A DNA stretch of 64,000 bases from an uncultured Desulfospira sp. GTDB lineage: Bacteria; Desulfobacterota; Desulfobacteria; Desulfobacterales; Desulfobacteraceae. The notes beneath the pieces are model-generated. The model did not search any database. It was not told the DNA's origin and was given only the letters and a program-made list of their open reading frames with translations. Made by a program: the position numbers and the translations under genes. The stretch lies in assembly GCA_963663165.1 (NCBI GenBank), contig OY760175.1, positions 2,784,001 to 2,848,000 of the forward strand. Reading direction: 5' to 3'. Shown piece by piece: positions 1-10,353 of this stretch (position 1 is its first letter; every line of letters starts with the position of its first letter).

Positions 1-323
1 GGTTCCAGGGCCAGGGATTTGTTATAGGCTTCAATGGATTCACCGGCCCGGTTCATGTCAAAATAATAATCGCCCAGCTTTACCCAGGCCTTTGCGTCAT
101 CGGGGTTTTTCTTTACATGGGCTTGAAGTTCCAGGATCTGCGCCTTTGCCTGAGCTGAAACCCGGGATTCATCAGAACCGCCGCCGGTTTGTCCGGGGGC
201 TTTTTGTGATGCCGGTGTCCCGGAAACCCCGGCCAGCTTAAATGATGTATAGGCAGAGCCTGCCAGAAACCCCAAGGTAAGGGAAACGAGAACGGCCATA
301 TATAACGTTTGTTTTGATATCAT
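1..323 (-). CDS. TPR-repeat protein with N-terminal membrane anchor (partial, runs off window start)
   Basis: Hand translation from ATG at 323: MISKQTLYMAVLVSLTLGFLAGSAY...NPDDAKAWVKLGDYYFDMNRAGESIEAYNKSLALE, a TPR-like helix pair. Confidence 0.7.
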   Translation of the reverse strand, partial: MISKQTLYMAVLVSLTLGFLAGSAYTSFKLAGVSGTPASQKAPGQTGGGSDESRVSAQAKAQILELQAHVKKNPDDAKAWVKLGDYYFDMNRAGESIEAYNKSLALE

Positions 324-387
324 GAGTTAATGCCTTTCTATCCATGTTGATTTAAGGCAGGCTGTATAAACCATCGTTGGCCAAAGG

Positions 388-1299
388 TCAAACCGTTTCA
401 ATATGCCAGGGTTCAAACCTTACCCCGAGACGGTTGTACCGGCCGTATCTGAATTTTACATATCCCAGGCGGATAAGGCGGTGATACACCCGGGTATCCA
501 CAAACTTTTCACTGAAATTGTAGGCCCCATACCCCTTTTGGCCCACATCAAAATCCCCGATGCCGTGAAAGGAATACCCGGGCGGGGCCAGGGAGCGGGA
601 GGCCATGGAAAGGTTTCCCCGGCTGCGACAGGTTTTGTCTAAAAACAGCAAAAACTGCTTCATCATCCCCCTGACCCCGGAAGTCAGGATCAAATCACTG
701 CCGACCCTTTCTTTAACCTCATGATACATGTTAACCGAGTTCCCCCGGTACAGGTAGTTGCCGGTCCCGGAAATTTTAACCACATCTTTTTTATTGATGG
801 TACGGGTAATGGTTTCAAAGGGTTTTTCTCCCATGAATCCATAGGTTGTGGCCCGGGTATAAAATAGCTTTTCAAGAAACTGGATTTCCTTTGCTGAAAA
901 CACGCCCACGCCGTTAAAATTCCTGGCAACGGCCAGAGCCTGGTCAAACCCCATCAGGGCAAAATTGGCATATCCCACCTGCTTTGAAACCCGCCAAAGC
1001 CTTTCAAGGCATGATTCAAGCAAAGGCTGGTCATCGGGGGCAATAAAAATATCGTCTTCGAACACCTGATCATAGTGCCGCCATTTTTCCAAGGCGCCCG
1101 GTCTGTCCCCTTTTAGGGAATGGTCACCAGGACGTGATCCGGCCTGTTTAGACAAGGCGGCCACGGTGATCGCTTTTGGGGATTTGACGATTTCACAATT
1201 AAGAATTTCATTACAGCCCGGGGACAGCGCCAGGGCATCGGGCACGGCCCTGAGCAAGGCCAAGGCCGCCAGGTATTTTAGAAAATCTCGTTTTTCCAT
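388..1299 (-). CDS. M15-family (VanY-like) D-Ala-D-Ala carboxypeptidase / Zn metallopeptidase, exported
   Basis: APPGYSFHGIGDFD (SxH...D) and RFEPWH motifs; likely start MEKRDFLK at 1299 with a Tat-like signal. Confidence 0.75.
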   Translation of the reverse strand: MEKRDFLKYLAALALLRAVPDALALSPGCNEILNCEIVKSPKAITVAALSKQAGSRPGDHSLKGDRPGALEKWRHYDQVFEDDIFIAPDDQPLLESCLERLWRVSKQVGYANFALMGFDQALAVARNFNGVGVFSAKEIQFLEKLFYTRATTYGFMGEKPFETITRTINKKDVVKISGTGNYLYRGNSVNMYHEVKERVGSDLILTSGVRGMMKQFLLFLDKTCRSRGNLSMASRSLAPPGYSFHGIGDFDVGQKGYGAYNFSEKFVDTRVYHRLIRLGYVKFRYGRYNRLGVRFEPWHIETV

Positions 1300-1359
1300 T
1301 GGTTTAAAAAAGGGGAACTGCCCGGCCAAGGCATAAACAAAAGGAATGAATAAACCGGG

Positions 1360-3327
1360 TCAGACCCGAGCTTTCTGGATTTCTGAATTAAAGACCGAAT
1401 CGATTTTCTCGGACAGCATGGCAACGTCAAAGGGCTTTCTGATAAAACCGCAGCAGCCATTTTCCATCATCCTGTTGATTTCATCTTCTTTGCTGTAGCC
1501 GGAAGAGATCAACACCCGGCTTTCCGGGCGAATTTGGCGGATCTGCTTATAGGTCTCGTAGCCGCCCATCTCGGGCATAATCATATCCAGAATAATCAGG
1601 TCAATGCCCTCTTTGTTTTTTTCAACCAGCTGAACCGCTTCAATTCCGCTCATGGCGGTTTTTACATCATAGCCCAGGGTTTTGATCATTTCCGAACAGA
1701 CCTCAACCACACCTTTTTCGTCATCTACCAGCAGGATCATGCCCCGGCCGTTGATAATTTTTTCAACGTCCTCCTGGTGGCGGGCTGACCGGACCTCAGC
1801 CTCCTGGGCCGGCAGGTAAAACATGAAACTGCTGCCTTCTCCCTTTTGACTGGTAACCTTGAAAACCCCTTTGTGGCTTTGCACAATACCATACGCCGTG
1901 GCCAATCCCAAACCGGTCCCCTGCCCCCTTTCCTTTGTGGTAAAAAACGGGTCAAATATCTGGGTGATGGTTTCCTTATCCATCCCAATACCCGTGTCGC
2001 TGACCCCGATTTTCACATAAGGACCAGGGGTTTCAAGACCGAACTCTTCAAGCTGGGAGGGCAGGACATGGACGTTTTCCGAGCTGATGGTGATGGTGCC
2101 GCCCTTGGGCATGGCGTGCCACGCATTCACAAAAAGGTTGAGCAGCACCTGCTTGATCTGCCCCTCGTTGACAACGGTTCCCCATAATTTTTTCTCAAGG
2201 CGGTGATCCATCCGGATATCCTTTTTGGTCCGGGAAAACATCTTGGCAGACATCTTGAGCAGGTAATTTAAATTGATCATATGGGCTTCCCGAAAGCTTT
2301 TCTGGGCAAAGCCGAGAAGCTGCCGGGCCATTTCCGCTCCCGAGGCCACATACTCATCAATATTGGACAGGCGCTTGTATTCAACACTGTCCCGGTCAAA
2401 TTCATTTTTGACCAGGGAGGCATACCCCTGAATCCCCATGAGGATATTGTTAAAATCATGGGCAATGCCCCCGGCCAGGGTGCCGATGGCTTCCATTTTC
2501 TGGGACTGCCGCAGCTGGGCCTCCAAGTTGATACGGACGGTCATATCCCTGGCAACAGCATAAATCCCCCGTGCTTCTTTACAGCTTCCGTGGGCCGGCA
2601 GGTGCAAAGGGGAGGCTTTCAGGTTGATATAGGCGTAGTTGGACGCATAGGGCGTGGCGATGGGAACGGCTTTTTTGGCCTTTTTGAACCGGAAACTGAT
2701 TTCCCGGCAGCCGGCCTGAACAGGGAAAAAGCTGGCCACTTTGGACTGATCCTCGTCATGGACCAGGTTTTCAAACTCAGACCCGATTAAGTCTTTTCTT
2801 TGAAACCCCAGAAGGGTTTCAAACTGATTGTTCACAAAGGTAAACCGGCCCTGTTCATCCAGGGTAAAAATCAGGTCAGGGGAATTATTGACCATACTTT
2901 CATACTGGATTTCCGAAGCTTTAAGGCGGGCCGATACGTCTTTCTTATCCGCTATCAGCCTGGCCTGGGAAAGTGCGTTTTTGACGGTTTTGATAAGTTC
3001 GGCATACTCAAACGGTTTTTTAAGATAATCCCAGGCCCCCTGTTTGATGGCTTTTACTGCCGATTCCACAGAGGCGAACCCAGTCATGATGATGATGATC
3101 ATTTCCGCATTCAATTGGAAAATGCGCTCCATGGTTTCATATCCATTGAGCTTGGGCATGCTGATATCCAGCAAAATCAAATCGAATTCCTCCCGCTCTA
3201 TAAGCGAAAGGGTTTCAAGCCCGTTCTGGGCGCCTGAAACTTGAAATCCTTCTCGTTTCAGGCACCGGCTGATATTTTCAACAATTCTGGATTCATCATC
3301 AACAACAAGTATCTTTTCCGCTTTCAT
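1360..3327 (-). CDS. Hybrid sensor histidine kinase (REC-PAS-HisKA-HATPase-REC)
   Basis: N- and C-terminal receiver domains, PAS, H-box [10 protein letters not shown]-boxes DTGIGM/GTGLGL. Confidence 0.92.
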   Translation of the reverse strand: MKAEKILVVDDESRIVENISRCLKREGFQVSGAQNGLETLSLIEREEFDLILLDISMPKLNGYETMERIFQLNAEMIIIIMTGFASVESAVKAIKQGAWDYLKKPFEYAELIKTVKNALSQARLIADKKDVSARLKASEIQYESMVNNSPDLIFTLDEQGRFTFVNNQFETLLGFQRKDLIGSEFENLVHDEDQSKVASFFPVQAGCREISFRFKKAKKAVPIATPYASNYAYINLKASPLHLPAHGSCKEARGIYAVARDMTVRINLEAQLRQSQKMEAIGTLAGGIAHDFNNILMGIQGYASLVKNEFDRDSVEYKRLSNIDEYVASGAEMARQLLGFAQKSFREAHMINLNYLLKMSAKMFSRTKKDIRMDHRLEKKLWGTVVNEGQIKQVLLNLFVNAWHAMPKGGTITISSENVHVLPSQLEEFGLETPGPYVKIGVSDTGIGMDKETITQIFDPFFTTKERGQGTGLGLATAYGIVQSHKGVFKVTSQKGEGSSFMFYLPAQEAEVRSARHQEDVEKIINGRGMILLVDDEKGVVEVCSEMIKTLGYDVKTAMSGIEAVQLVEKNKEGIDLIILDMIMPEMGGYETYKQIRQIRPESRVLISSGYSKEDEINRMMENGCCGFIRKPFDVAMLSEKIDSVFNSEIQKARV

Positions 3328-3365
3328 ATGTTGTATTACTCATCCGTTTGCAGTTATGACAAATA

Positions 3366-5453
3366 TCACACATCAACTGAACTTGTAATTTCGGTTACTT
3401 TGGATTTTTCATAGCATACCAGCCCGCACTGGAGGCATCTGTTGGCTTCTTCCAAGGCAGTCTGGGTTGAAAATCCCGTTGAAAATCCATCTTTAAGATT
3501 TTCTTTGGCCTCTGAGGGAACCAGGCGGTGTCTGGGGGATTTGCCCACATGGGTCAGAAAATCCACATTCTGAATCCGGGATTTATCCGTCACTATATCG
3601 GTTTTATCCTGGAAATCAAGCCCGTACATCATGTTATGCATGGCAACGGCCATTTTTCTGCCGCCGTTGATGGCCGTGACTGCAGAAGAATACTCGGATA
3701 CAGCGTCCTGGCCTGACAGAATTCCAAGTTCCTGGTTTGAATCAGGCTTCTTGAGGAATTCATTGGCCACCCATACCAGATCGGTTTCCTGTTCAACAGA
3801 TTCTTTCCCGGGGGCCTCATCGCCTTCCGGCACTTCCGGCAGCACCGGGGTAAAGACCAGTTCCGGGAACCTTCCGGATCCGATAATCAGTGTATCGGCA
3901 GCCACTTTCCGGACCTCTCCTGAATCCAGATCCGTAATTTCAATGGCTTCGAGCCGTTCTTCACATCCTTCCAGTTTTGTTATCCCGGCGTTCTGGAGGA
4001 TAACCGTATCCTCTTCGGCAAGCCCTTGGATTTCCTGAGGATCAAACCCCAAATCCTGTTCAGACTGTCTCAAGACAATGGTAATTTTCTTGGCACCCTT
4101 GGTCCGAAGCTGGCTGACCGCATCAGAAAGCCGTTTTCCGCCGCCGGCAATTACCACCCGTTCTCCGGACGGAATCTGAAAGCTGTCATGTGAAATGCTT
4201 CTGAGCAGATCAATGAGCAGATAAGTCTGGGGAAGGGTATTTTCAGCCCCATGAATATCCCCTCTGGCCAGCCGGGAATCCCAGCCGCCGGAAGCCACGC
4301 CCACGGCATCAAAGCCCTCTTTGAGCAGGCCGGGAATGGTGAAGTCTTTACCGGCCTTGGTTTTTGTTTTTGCCTCAACCCCCATGTCAAGAACCCCCTG
4401 AATATCCCAGTCCAGGATATCCATTGAAAGCCGTTCCCTGGCAATGGCCTTTCTTAAAATGCCGCCAAGCTTGTCAGTGGCCTCATAAACCGTGGGTTCA
4501 TGGCCGAGCCGGGCACTGAAAAATGCAGCGGCAAGCCCTTCAACCCCGCCGCCGATCACGGCAATCTTTTTGCCGGTTCCCGGCGCCTTGTATGGTTGGA
4601 CTCGTTTATCCTGATTCATCTCATAATCACATACAAACCGTTTCAAACCGTTGATGGCCACGGACTCATCCTGGAGAAGCCGGCGGCAGTTAAATTCACA
4701 GGTTGCCGGGCATATTCTTGAAATAACGGTGGGGAAAGGCATTCTCTCTTTGATCACGGCAAGGGCTCCGTGGAAATCGCTTTCCGTGATACGCCGGATA
4801 TATTCTTTAATATTCACCCCGGACGGACAGGCCCTCTGGCAGGGGGTGGTGCAGTCACCTTCGGTATATTCCCTTACAATCCGGCGGGTAACCGATGTCA
4901 GGCGAATGATATTTTTAGGACAGATTTTTTCACAGGCGCCGCAGCCGGTGCATTTTTCCTGGTCGACAACCGGCAGGCCGTTCTCTCCCATGCTCAGGGC
5001 ACCGAACTTACAGGCCGTAACGCAGGTGCCAAGTCCAAGGCAGCCGATCCGGCAGACCTTCATGCCGCCCATGAGCATGGCGGCCGCCCGGCAGTCTTTG
5101 ATGCCGTGGTAAACATAATTCAAGTCTGCCTTGCTGCTGGAATAATAACAGCCGGGGTTTGCGAATTCAGGTTCCTTGTCGGACACGGAAACGCCCATAA
5201 TTGCGGCAATTTCAAGGGCCACATCATCTCCTGCAGCCACACAGGAATTTACATCCTGCAACCCCTGGACAATGGCCTCCGCATTGGCAGAGCAGCCGGG
5301 ATAGCCGCAACCGCCGCAGTTTGCACCGGGGAGAGCCTCATTAATCGCCACCACTTTTGGATCTTCATACACATAAAACGCTTTTGCCGCAATTACCAAA
5401 ACAACACCGATTGCGACTCCCAATCCGCCCATCATCAGAATTGATTGAATCAT
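3366..5453 (-). CDS. RnfB-like N-terminus fused to GltD/NfnB-like Fe-S FAD oxidoreductase
   Basis: TM helix, [14 protein letters not shown], ferredoxin CTGCGACEKICP, CQRACP...SRICPATCEFNCRR, GGGVEG Rossmann motif; start at 5453 has an RBS (ORF track starts 5489). Confidence 0.8.
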   Translation of the reverse strand: MIQSILMMGGLGVAIGVVLVIAAKAFYVYEDPKVVAINEALPGANCGGCGYPGCSANAEAIVQGLQDVNSCVAAGDDVALEIAAIMGVSVSDKEPEFANPGCYYSSSKADLNYVYHGIKDCRAAAMLMGGMKVCRIGCLGLGTCVTACKFGALSMGENGLPVVDQEKCTGCGACEKICPKNIIRLTSVTRRIVREYTEGDCTTPCQRACPSGVNIKEYIRRITESDFHGALAVIKERMPFPTVISRICPATCEFNCRRLLQDESVAINGLKRFVCDYEMNQDKRVQPYKAPGTGKKIAVIGGGVEGLAAAFFSARLGHEPTVYEATDKLGGILRKAIARERLSMDILDWDIQGVLDMGVEAKTKTKAGKDFTIPGLLKEGFDAVGVASGGWDSRLARGDIHGAENTLPQTYLLIDLLRSISHDSFQIPSGERVVIAGGGKRLSDAVSQLRTKGAKKITIVLRQSEQDLGFDPQEIQGLAEEDTVILQNAGITKLEGCEERLEAIEITDLDSGEVRKVAADTLIIGSGRFPELVFTPVLPEVPEGDEAPGKESVEQETDLVWVANEFLKKPDSNQELGILSGQDAVSEYSSAVTAINGGRKMAVAMHNMMYGLDFQDKTDIVTDKSRIQNVDFLTHVGKSPRHRLVPSEAKENLKDGFSTGFSTQTALEEANRCLQCGLVCYEKSKVTEITSSVDV

Positions 5454-5731
5454 CTGTCCTTCCCCTTCATTTTGGTCTTTTTCAGACACGTTGGTGCTTC
5501 AGGGGTTTCATGCCATTTGAGCCTTTCCTGAAACCAACGGTCCTTTGATCTTAAGTCAAACGGTTTAAGCCAATGCCCGAGTATATAATTTCAACTTGAA
5601 TTTTCCAAACCATTCTATACTAATCTGAGGCACTAAAAGTCAACCATATCAATGAAACTTATTAAACTTCTATCAATTAAAAAACAGCTGTCGCGAAAAA
5701 ATAAGAAACCGACTAGTCAAAATAACCCCCA

Positions 5732-6667
5732 TCAGATCCTGTCAAATTTTTCCATGGTCCTTAAAAAATCTTCTGGAACAGGGGCTTCATAACCCTTCCG
5801 GACCCCAGAGTATGGGTGCCGGAAGCTGAGATATACTGAATGAAGCATTTGTCTTTGCAGTTGGCGATTTTTCTTTCTGAACTGTTTGGTCTGATAAACC
5901 GGATCTCCCACCAATGGATGCCCTATGGCATAAAAATGGACCCGGATCTGGTGGGTACGGCCTGTATAAAGCCGGATTCTGGCAAGACAGCCCTGTTTGA
6001 ACCGGTGTTGAACCTGCCAGGACGTGAGCGCCTGTTTTCCGGTGTCATGGTTAACCGCCATGAGCTTTCTTTTGACCGGATGCCGTCCGATGGGAAGGTC
6101 GATTACACCGGTATCGGGAAGATCACTGCCGCAGACCAGGGCCAGGTATTCCTTTTTGACCCGGCGCTGTTTGAATTCTTTTTGGAGAAAGGAAAGGGCA
6201 TGGCCGGTTTTGGCCACCAGGATTAATCCCGAGGTCTCTTTGTCCAGCCGGTGGACTATTCCCGGCCGGGTGGCATCCTCTCCGGCATTCCGGATTTTCG
6301 GGACATGACACAGCAGTTTGTTCACCAGGGTCCCGTTTATATTCCCGGGTCCGGGGTGAACCACTAGGCCGGCGGGTTTGTTGATGAGAATAACATGGTC
6401 GTCTTCATCAACCACAGGCAGGTCCATGGGCTCGGCAAGGGGATCATCCGGCCCTTCACATGGGTCCACCACCCCGGCCACCCGATGCCCTTCCTGGAGC
6501 CTGAATCCCGGACGCCGGCAAATCCCGTCCACCCGGACCCGGCCTTGGGACACCATGGCCGATGCACGGCTTCTGGACAGCCCGGGCACCCGCCTGGCCA
6601 ATGCCTGATCCAGCCGCAGACCGGCGAAACCGTTGGAGACCATAAAGTCAATTGTAAGGGGTTTCAT
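5732..6667 (-). CDS. rluD: RluA-family pseudouridine synthase (RluD-like, S4 domain)
   Basis: RLDQAL S4 domain, NKPAGLVVHP, HRLDKETSG, GRTHQIRVH. Confidence 0.85.
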   Translation of the reverse strand: MKPLTIDFMVSNGFAGLRLDQALARRVPGLSRSRASAMVSQGRVRVDGICRRPGFRLQEGHRVAGVVDPCEGPDDPLAEPMDLPVVDEDDHVILINKPAGLVVHPGPGNINGTLVNKLLCHVPKIRNAGEDATRPGIVHRLDKETSGLILVAKTGHALSFLQKEFKQRRVKKEYLALVCGSDLPDTGVIDLPIGRHPVKRKLMAVNHDTGKQALTSWQVQHRFKQGCLARIRLYTGRTHQIRVHFYAIGHPLVGDPVYQTKQFRKKNRQLQRQMLHSVYLSFRHPYSGVRKGYEAPVPEDFLRTMEKFDRI

Positions 6668-6744
6668 TGGGGTTACAAGGCGCCAAAAAAACAAAACCGG
6701 CAGACCAAACGCCTGCCGGTTAAATGGTTAAGCTTGGGGCAGCT

Positions 6745-7278
6745 TTAGTCGAACAGGTTTTTTATCTCTGCCATCATGGCTTTTTCATCAATATCTTTTG
6801 CCGTTGACAGTTCTTGAACCAATAAGTTCTGGGCCGTATCCAGAAGCTTTCTTTCCCCAAAGGAAAGATCTTTTTCCAGTTTTAACTGAAAGAGATCTCT
6901 GAAGACTTCGGCCACATCATAAATGGAACCGGTTTTAATTTTATCCATATATTCCCGGTATCTGCGGTTCCAGGTCTGGTTATCAACAGGCTGCGCTTTT
7001 TCCTTCATCACCTTGTAGACCTCAGGGATCTCTGTTTCCGGAATAACTTCTCTTAAGCCCACAGATTCAACGTTTGAGGTCGGAATCATGATCACCATGC
7101 CGTTTTCTACAATTTTCATCATGTAGAAATTCATGGTGTCGCCATTGATTTCCCTGCTTTCAATGGATTCTATGCACCCTACTCCGTGTGCCGGATAGAC
7201 TGCCAGATCCCCCTGTGAAAACTCTTTTTTAGCTGTGAATGCCGCCTTTACTTTGCCTTTTTTGGATTTTTCACCCAT
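6745..7278 (-). CDS. carD: CarD-family transcriptional regulator
   Basis: GDLAVYPAHGVG, WNRRYREY, LSFGERKLL. Confidence 0.92.
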   Translation of the reverse strand: MGEKSKKGKVKAAFTAKKEFSQGDLAVYPAHGVGCIESIESREINGDTMNFYMMKIVENGMVIMIPTSNVESVGLREVIPETEIPEVYKVMKEKAQPVDNQTWNRRYREYMDKIKTGSIYDVAEVFRDLFQLKLEKDLSFGERKLLDTAQNLLVQELSTAKDIDEKAMMAEIKNLFD

Positions 7279-7763
7279 TAGATATCCCACCTTATGTTTA
7301 GGGGCTACTTAAAAAAATCGGCCGAAACATCCCCAAAATCTGTTTTCCGGACCGGTTTTACCACTGAATAAACATCACACCCCTGAAATATCAAACATAT
7401 TCCCAAGGTGCTATTTTCCATGTGTATTGAACTCGATTCAAAAATCCTGATTTTTTGGAAGATGTACTTTACATTTTGTAAAGTTGATTGATGCTCTGTC
7501 CTGATTTGTTATGAAAATTAATGATATCTCAGCATTTTCATATGATCCTGTTCTTTCAGGGCAGTAGATTCAACTCTCAAAGCCGTAACTAAATTTCCAA
7601 GCGCTCCCAATAGTAAAAACAATTAACCCATTCTTAGACAGGAAACCATATCTTAACAATATTGTCAATGAAATTATCATTATTCACCCCAAATCCTTGC
7701 CCACAGGGCAACACAGACCTGGCGGAATTCTAATCTCTGCATAACAAACAGCCGGTTTTGAGT

Positions 7764-8351
7764 TCAGGAATTTACATGATTCATGGCGTAGGACACACCA
7801 TGCTTAAGAATAAGCGTGCAGGCATCTGCAGCGTGGACAACCACATCTTCAAGGCTGAGCTTTTCTTCAGGGGTAAAATGGCCGAGTACATGGCCAACAA
7901 CCTTTGCCCCCTGGTTTAACGGATCTTCAGGCCGGCCCACACCGACCCTGACCCTTACAAAATCCTTGCTGCCAAAGGCATCGATAATGGACCGGATCCC
8001 GTTATGTCCCCCATGCCCCCTGGATTGCACCACTTTAATCCGGCCAAAGGGAAGATCCATGTCATCATGGACCACCATCACGTCTTCCAGAGAAATTTTG
8101 TAATAGGCGGCAAGCTTCTGGATGGGGAACCCGCTTTTGTTCATATAGGACATGGGCTTAATCAGATAGGTCTGGCAGCCGGCTATCCGGGTTTTACAAA
8201 AAACCGCGTCAAACCGTTTTTGATCAAGCTGAACAGATGCCTCCCGGGCCAGCCGGTCAAGGACCGCAAACCCGATATTATGGCGGGTCTGGGCATAATC
8301 CCTGCCGGGATTTCCCAGACCCGCTATCATTTTTAAGTCAGAACACGACAT
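7764..8351 (-). CDS. pth: Peptidyl-tRNA hydrolase
   Basis: GLGNPG, TRHNIGF, HDDMD, GHGGHNG; canonical prs-rplY-pth order. Confidence 0.96.
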   Translation of the reverse strand: MSCSDLKMIAGLGNPGRDYAQTRHNIGFAVLDRLAREASVQLDQKRFDAVFCKTRIAGCQTYLIKPMSYMNKSGFPIQKLAAYYKISLEDVMVVHDDMDLPFGRIKVVQSRGHGGHNGIRSIIDAFGSKDFVRVRVGVGRPEDPLNQGAKVVGHVLGHFTPEEKLSLEDVVVHAADACTLILKHGVSYAMNHVNS

Positions 8352-8372
8352 TGAGAACAGCAGAAAGGATTG

Positions 8373-9008
8373 CTATTCTTCAGAAGGGGCAGCAGGCTCA
8401 TCACCTTCTTCAAGCACCTCTTCTTCACCGGTTTCAGCACTGGCGCTTACAGGCGGAACCACGGTGATGACAGTGAAATTAACCTCATGGGGAATTTCAA
8501 CGGCATCCCCAAGGTTGATATCTTCCACATGAAGGGCATCCCCGATATCCAGATCACTGATATCGATGACCACAGCCTCAGGCGTATCACCAGGCTTGCA
8601 GACAACATCAAGCTCCCGCCGGATGATCTGGAGCAGGCCGCCTTCCTTAACCCCTTTGGCGACGCCTTCCGTCTCTACGGGTACGGTTACCGTTACCTGG
8701 GTGTCCATATCAATTTCCTGGAAATCCGCATGAACATAGTTAAGCCCGAAGGTGTCCATCTGAAGCTCTTTGAGCATGGCTATTCTTTGTTTTCCCTGCC
8801 CGCCGTCGACTTTTAAATCAAAAAACAGGCCTGATGTCCCGTTGTCCCTGATCACCTTGTCAAAAGCGCCGGTATCAACAGACAGCATTACCGGATCGGT
8901 TTTGGCCCCATACATGATGGCCGGAATTCGTTTGCTGCCTCTGAGCTTCCTGGCAGCGCCCTTCCCTTTACTCTCTCTTACTTTTGCATTTAATTCAATT
9001 AATTCCAA
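8373..9008 (-). CDS. rplY: 50S ribosomal protein L25 / Ctc
   Basis: GKGAARKLR, IPAIMYG, HADF, GVKEGG, acidic tail. Confidence 0.96.
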   Translation of the reverse strand: MELIELNAKVRESKGKGAARKLRGSKRIPAIMYGAKTDPVMLSVDTGAFDKVIRDNGTSGLFFDLKVDGGQGKQRIAMLKELQMDTFGLNYVHADFQEIDMDTQVTVTVPVETEGVAKGVKEGGLLQIIRRELDVVCKPGDTPEAVVIDISDLDIGDALHVEDINLGDAVEIPHEVNFTVITVVPPVSASAETGEEEVLEEGDEPAAPSEE

Positions 9009-9060
9009 CGATTTACCCTCCGTGCCTGCCGTTTACAGACAACTTTTATTTTTTGTGAAA

Positions 9061-9165
9061 GACTGAAGGGGTTCAGGCTGAAGGCTGTCAGGGTTGCCAG
9101 TCCCATGGTCTTCATTTCTTTCATGGTTTGTTATGGGCACTTGGCCCAAGGTGTTATATGAAAGC
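9061..9165. repeat. Degenerate dispersed element starting with CTGAAG repeats; homologous to 12677-12780
   Basis: gactgaaggggttcaggctgaaggctgtcagggttgcca...ctttcatggtttgtt...gttata aligns with gtctgaaggtttttagactgaaggctgttagggtgcca...ctttcatgatttgtt...gttata. Confidence 0.7.
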
Positions 9166-9235
9166 TGTTGTTTCTTCATTATAGGCTTTTCTTCTGCATT
9201 CAGGGAAAAGGCCCTTGCCCTTCAGGGCCAGCCCG

Positions 9236-10174
9236 TTATACAAACAGCGAGTTTACCGAATCTCCCCTGTAGCTGCGAATGATCGCTTCTCCCACCAGTT
9301 TGGCAATGGAAAGGGTTTTAATCTTACCACATTCTTTTGCCGCTTCCGTCAGCGGAATGGTGTCCGTGGCAACAAGAGAGCTTAAAGATGATTCGCTGAT
9401 CCTTCCAATGGCCGGACCTGAAAGGACCGGATGGGTGCAATACGCATGCACTGCCTTAGCCCCATTGTCCTGAATAACACCGGCCGCTTCCGTAAGGGTT
9501 CCGGCCGTATCCACCATATCATCAATAACAAGGGCTATTTTGTCCTGCACATCGCCGATAATGGCCATGGCCTTGGCCTGATTTGGAGCGCTTCTTCTTT
9601 TATCCACAATGGCCAGCCCGCAGTTGAGCCGTTTGGCATATGCCCTGGCCCTTTCCACCCCGCCGGCATCCGGGGACACCACCACCAGTTCATCATTAAA
9701 CCGGGTTTTGATATCATCGATAATGATGGGGGCTGAATAAAGATTGTCCACAGGGACGTTAAAAAACCCCTGGATCTGCCCGGCGTGAAGGTCCATGGTG
9801 ATGACCCGGTCCACCCCTGTGGCTTCCAGAAGATCCGCCACCAGTTTGGCGCTGATGGGGACTCTCGGGGCCACCTTTTTATCCTGGCGGGCATACCCGA
9901 AATAGGGGATAACCGCCGTAATCCGGCTTGCGGAAGACCGCCTGAAAGCATCCGTGAGAAGCAGCAATTCCATTAAGTGATCATTGACCGGTTTGCAGGT
10001 GGACTGGATGACAAAGATTTCCTGTTTCCGGACATTTTCATGAATTTCAACCTGGATCTCACCATCGCTGAAACAGTTCACCTTTAACCGGCCTAAAGGC
10101 TTGGAAAGGTACTCTGAAATTTTATTGGCCAGATCGGGATTCGAGTTTCCTGCAAAAATCGATAACTCGTTCAT
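9236..10174 (-). CDS. prs: Ribose-phosphate pyrophosphokinase
   Basis: [42 protein letters not shown]. Confidence 0.97.
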   Translation of the reverse strand: MNELSIFAGNSNPDLANKISEYLSKPLGRLKVNCFSDGEIQVEIHENVRKQEIFVIQSTCKPVNDHLMELLLLTDAFRRSSASRITAVIPYFGYARQDKKVAPRVPISAKLVADLLEATGVDRVITMDLHAGQIQGFFNVPVDNLYSAPIIIDDIKTRFNDELVVVSPDAGGVERARAYAKRLNCGLAIVDKRRSAPNQAKAMAIIGDVQDKIALVIDDMVDTAGTLTEAAGVIQDNGAKAVHAYCTHPVLSGPAIGRISESSLSSLVATDTIPLTEAAKECGKIKTLSIAKLVGEAIIRSYRGDSVNSLFV

Positions 10175-10277
10175 ATCAAATCTTTAACCTTAAAAATAAA
10201 ATAAAGCCATGGGCAGGCAAATCCGTCCGGGAACCCAGGTCCCATATGTTGGTTTACCAAACCTTAAAGCCTTTGTT

Positions 10278-10352
10278 TGGCTGGGGCGAGAGGATTCGAA
10301 CCTCTGAATGCAGGGATCAAAACCCTGTGTCTTACCGCTTGACGACGCCCCA
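10278..10352 (-). tRNA. tRNA-Gln (anticodon TTG)
   Basis: Reverse complement TGGGGCG...CAGGG-TTTTGAT-CCCTG...GGTTCGAATCC...CGCCCCAGCCA; typical ispE-tRNAGln-prs position. Confidence 0.96.
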
Positions 10353-10353
10353 A

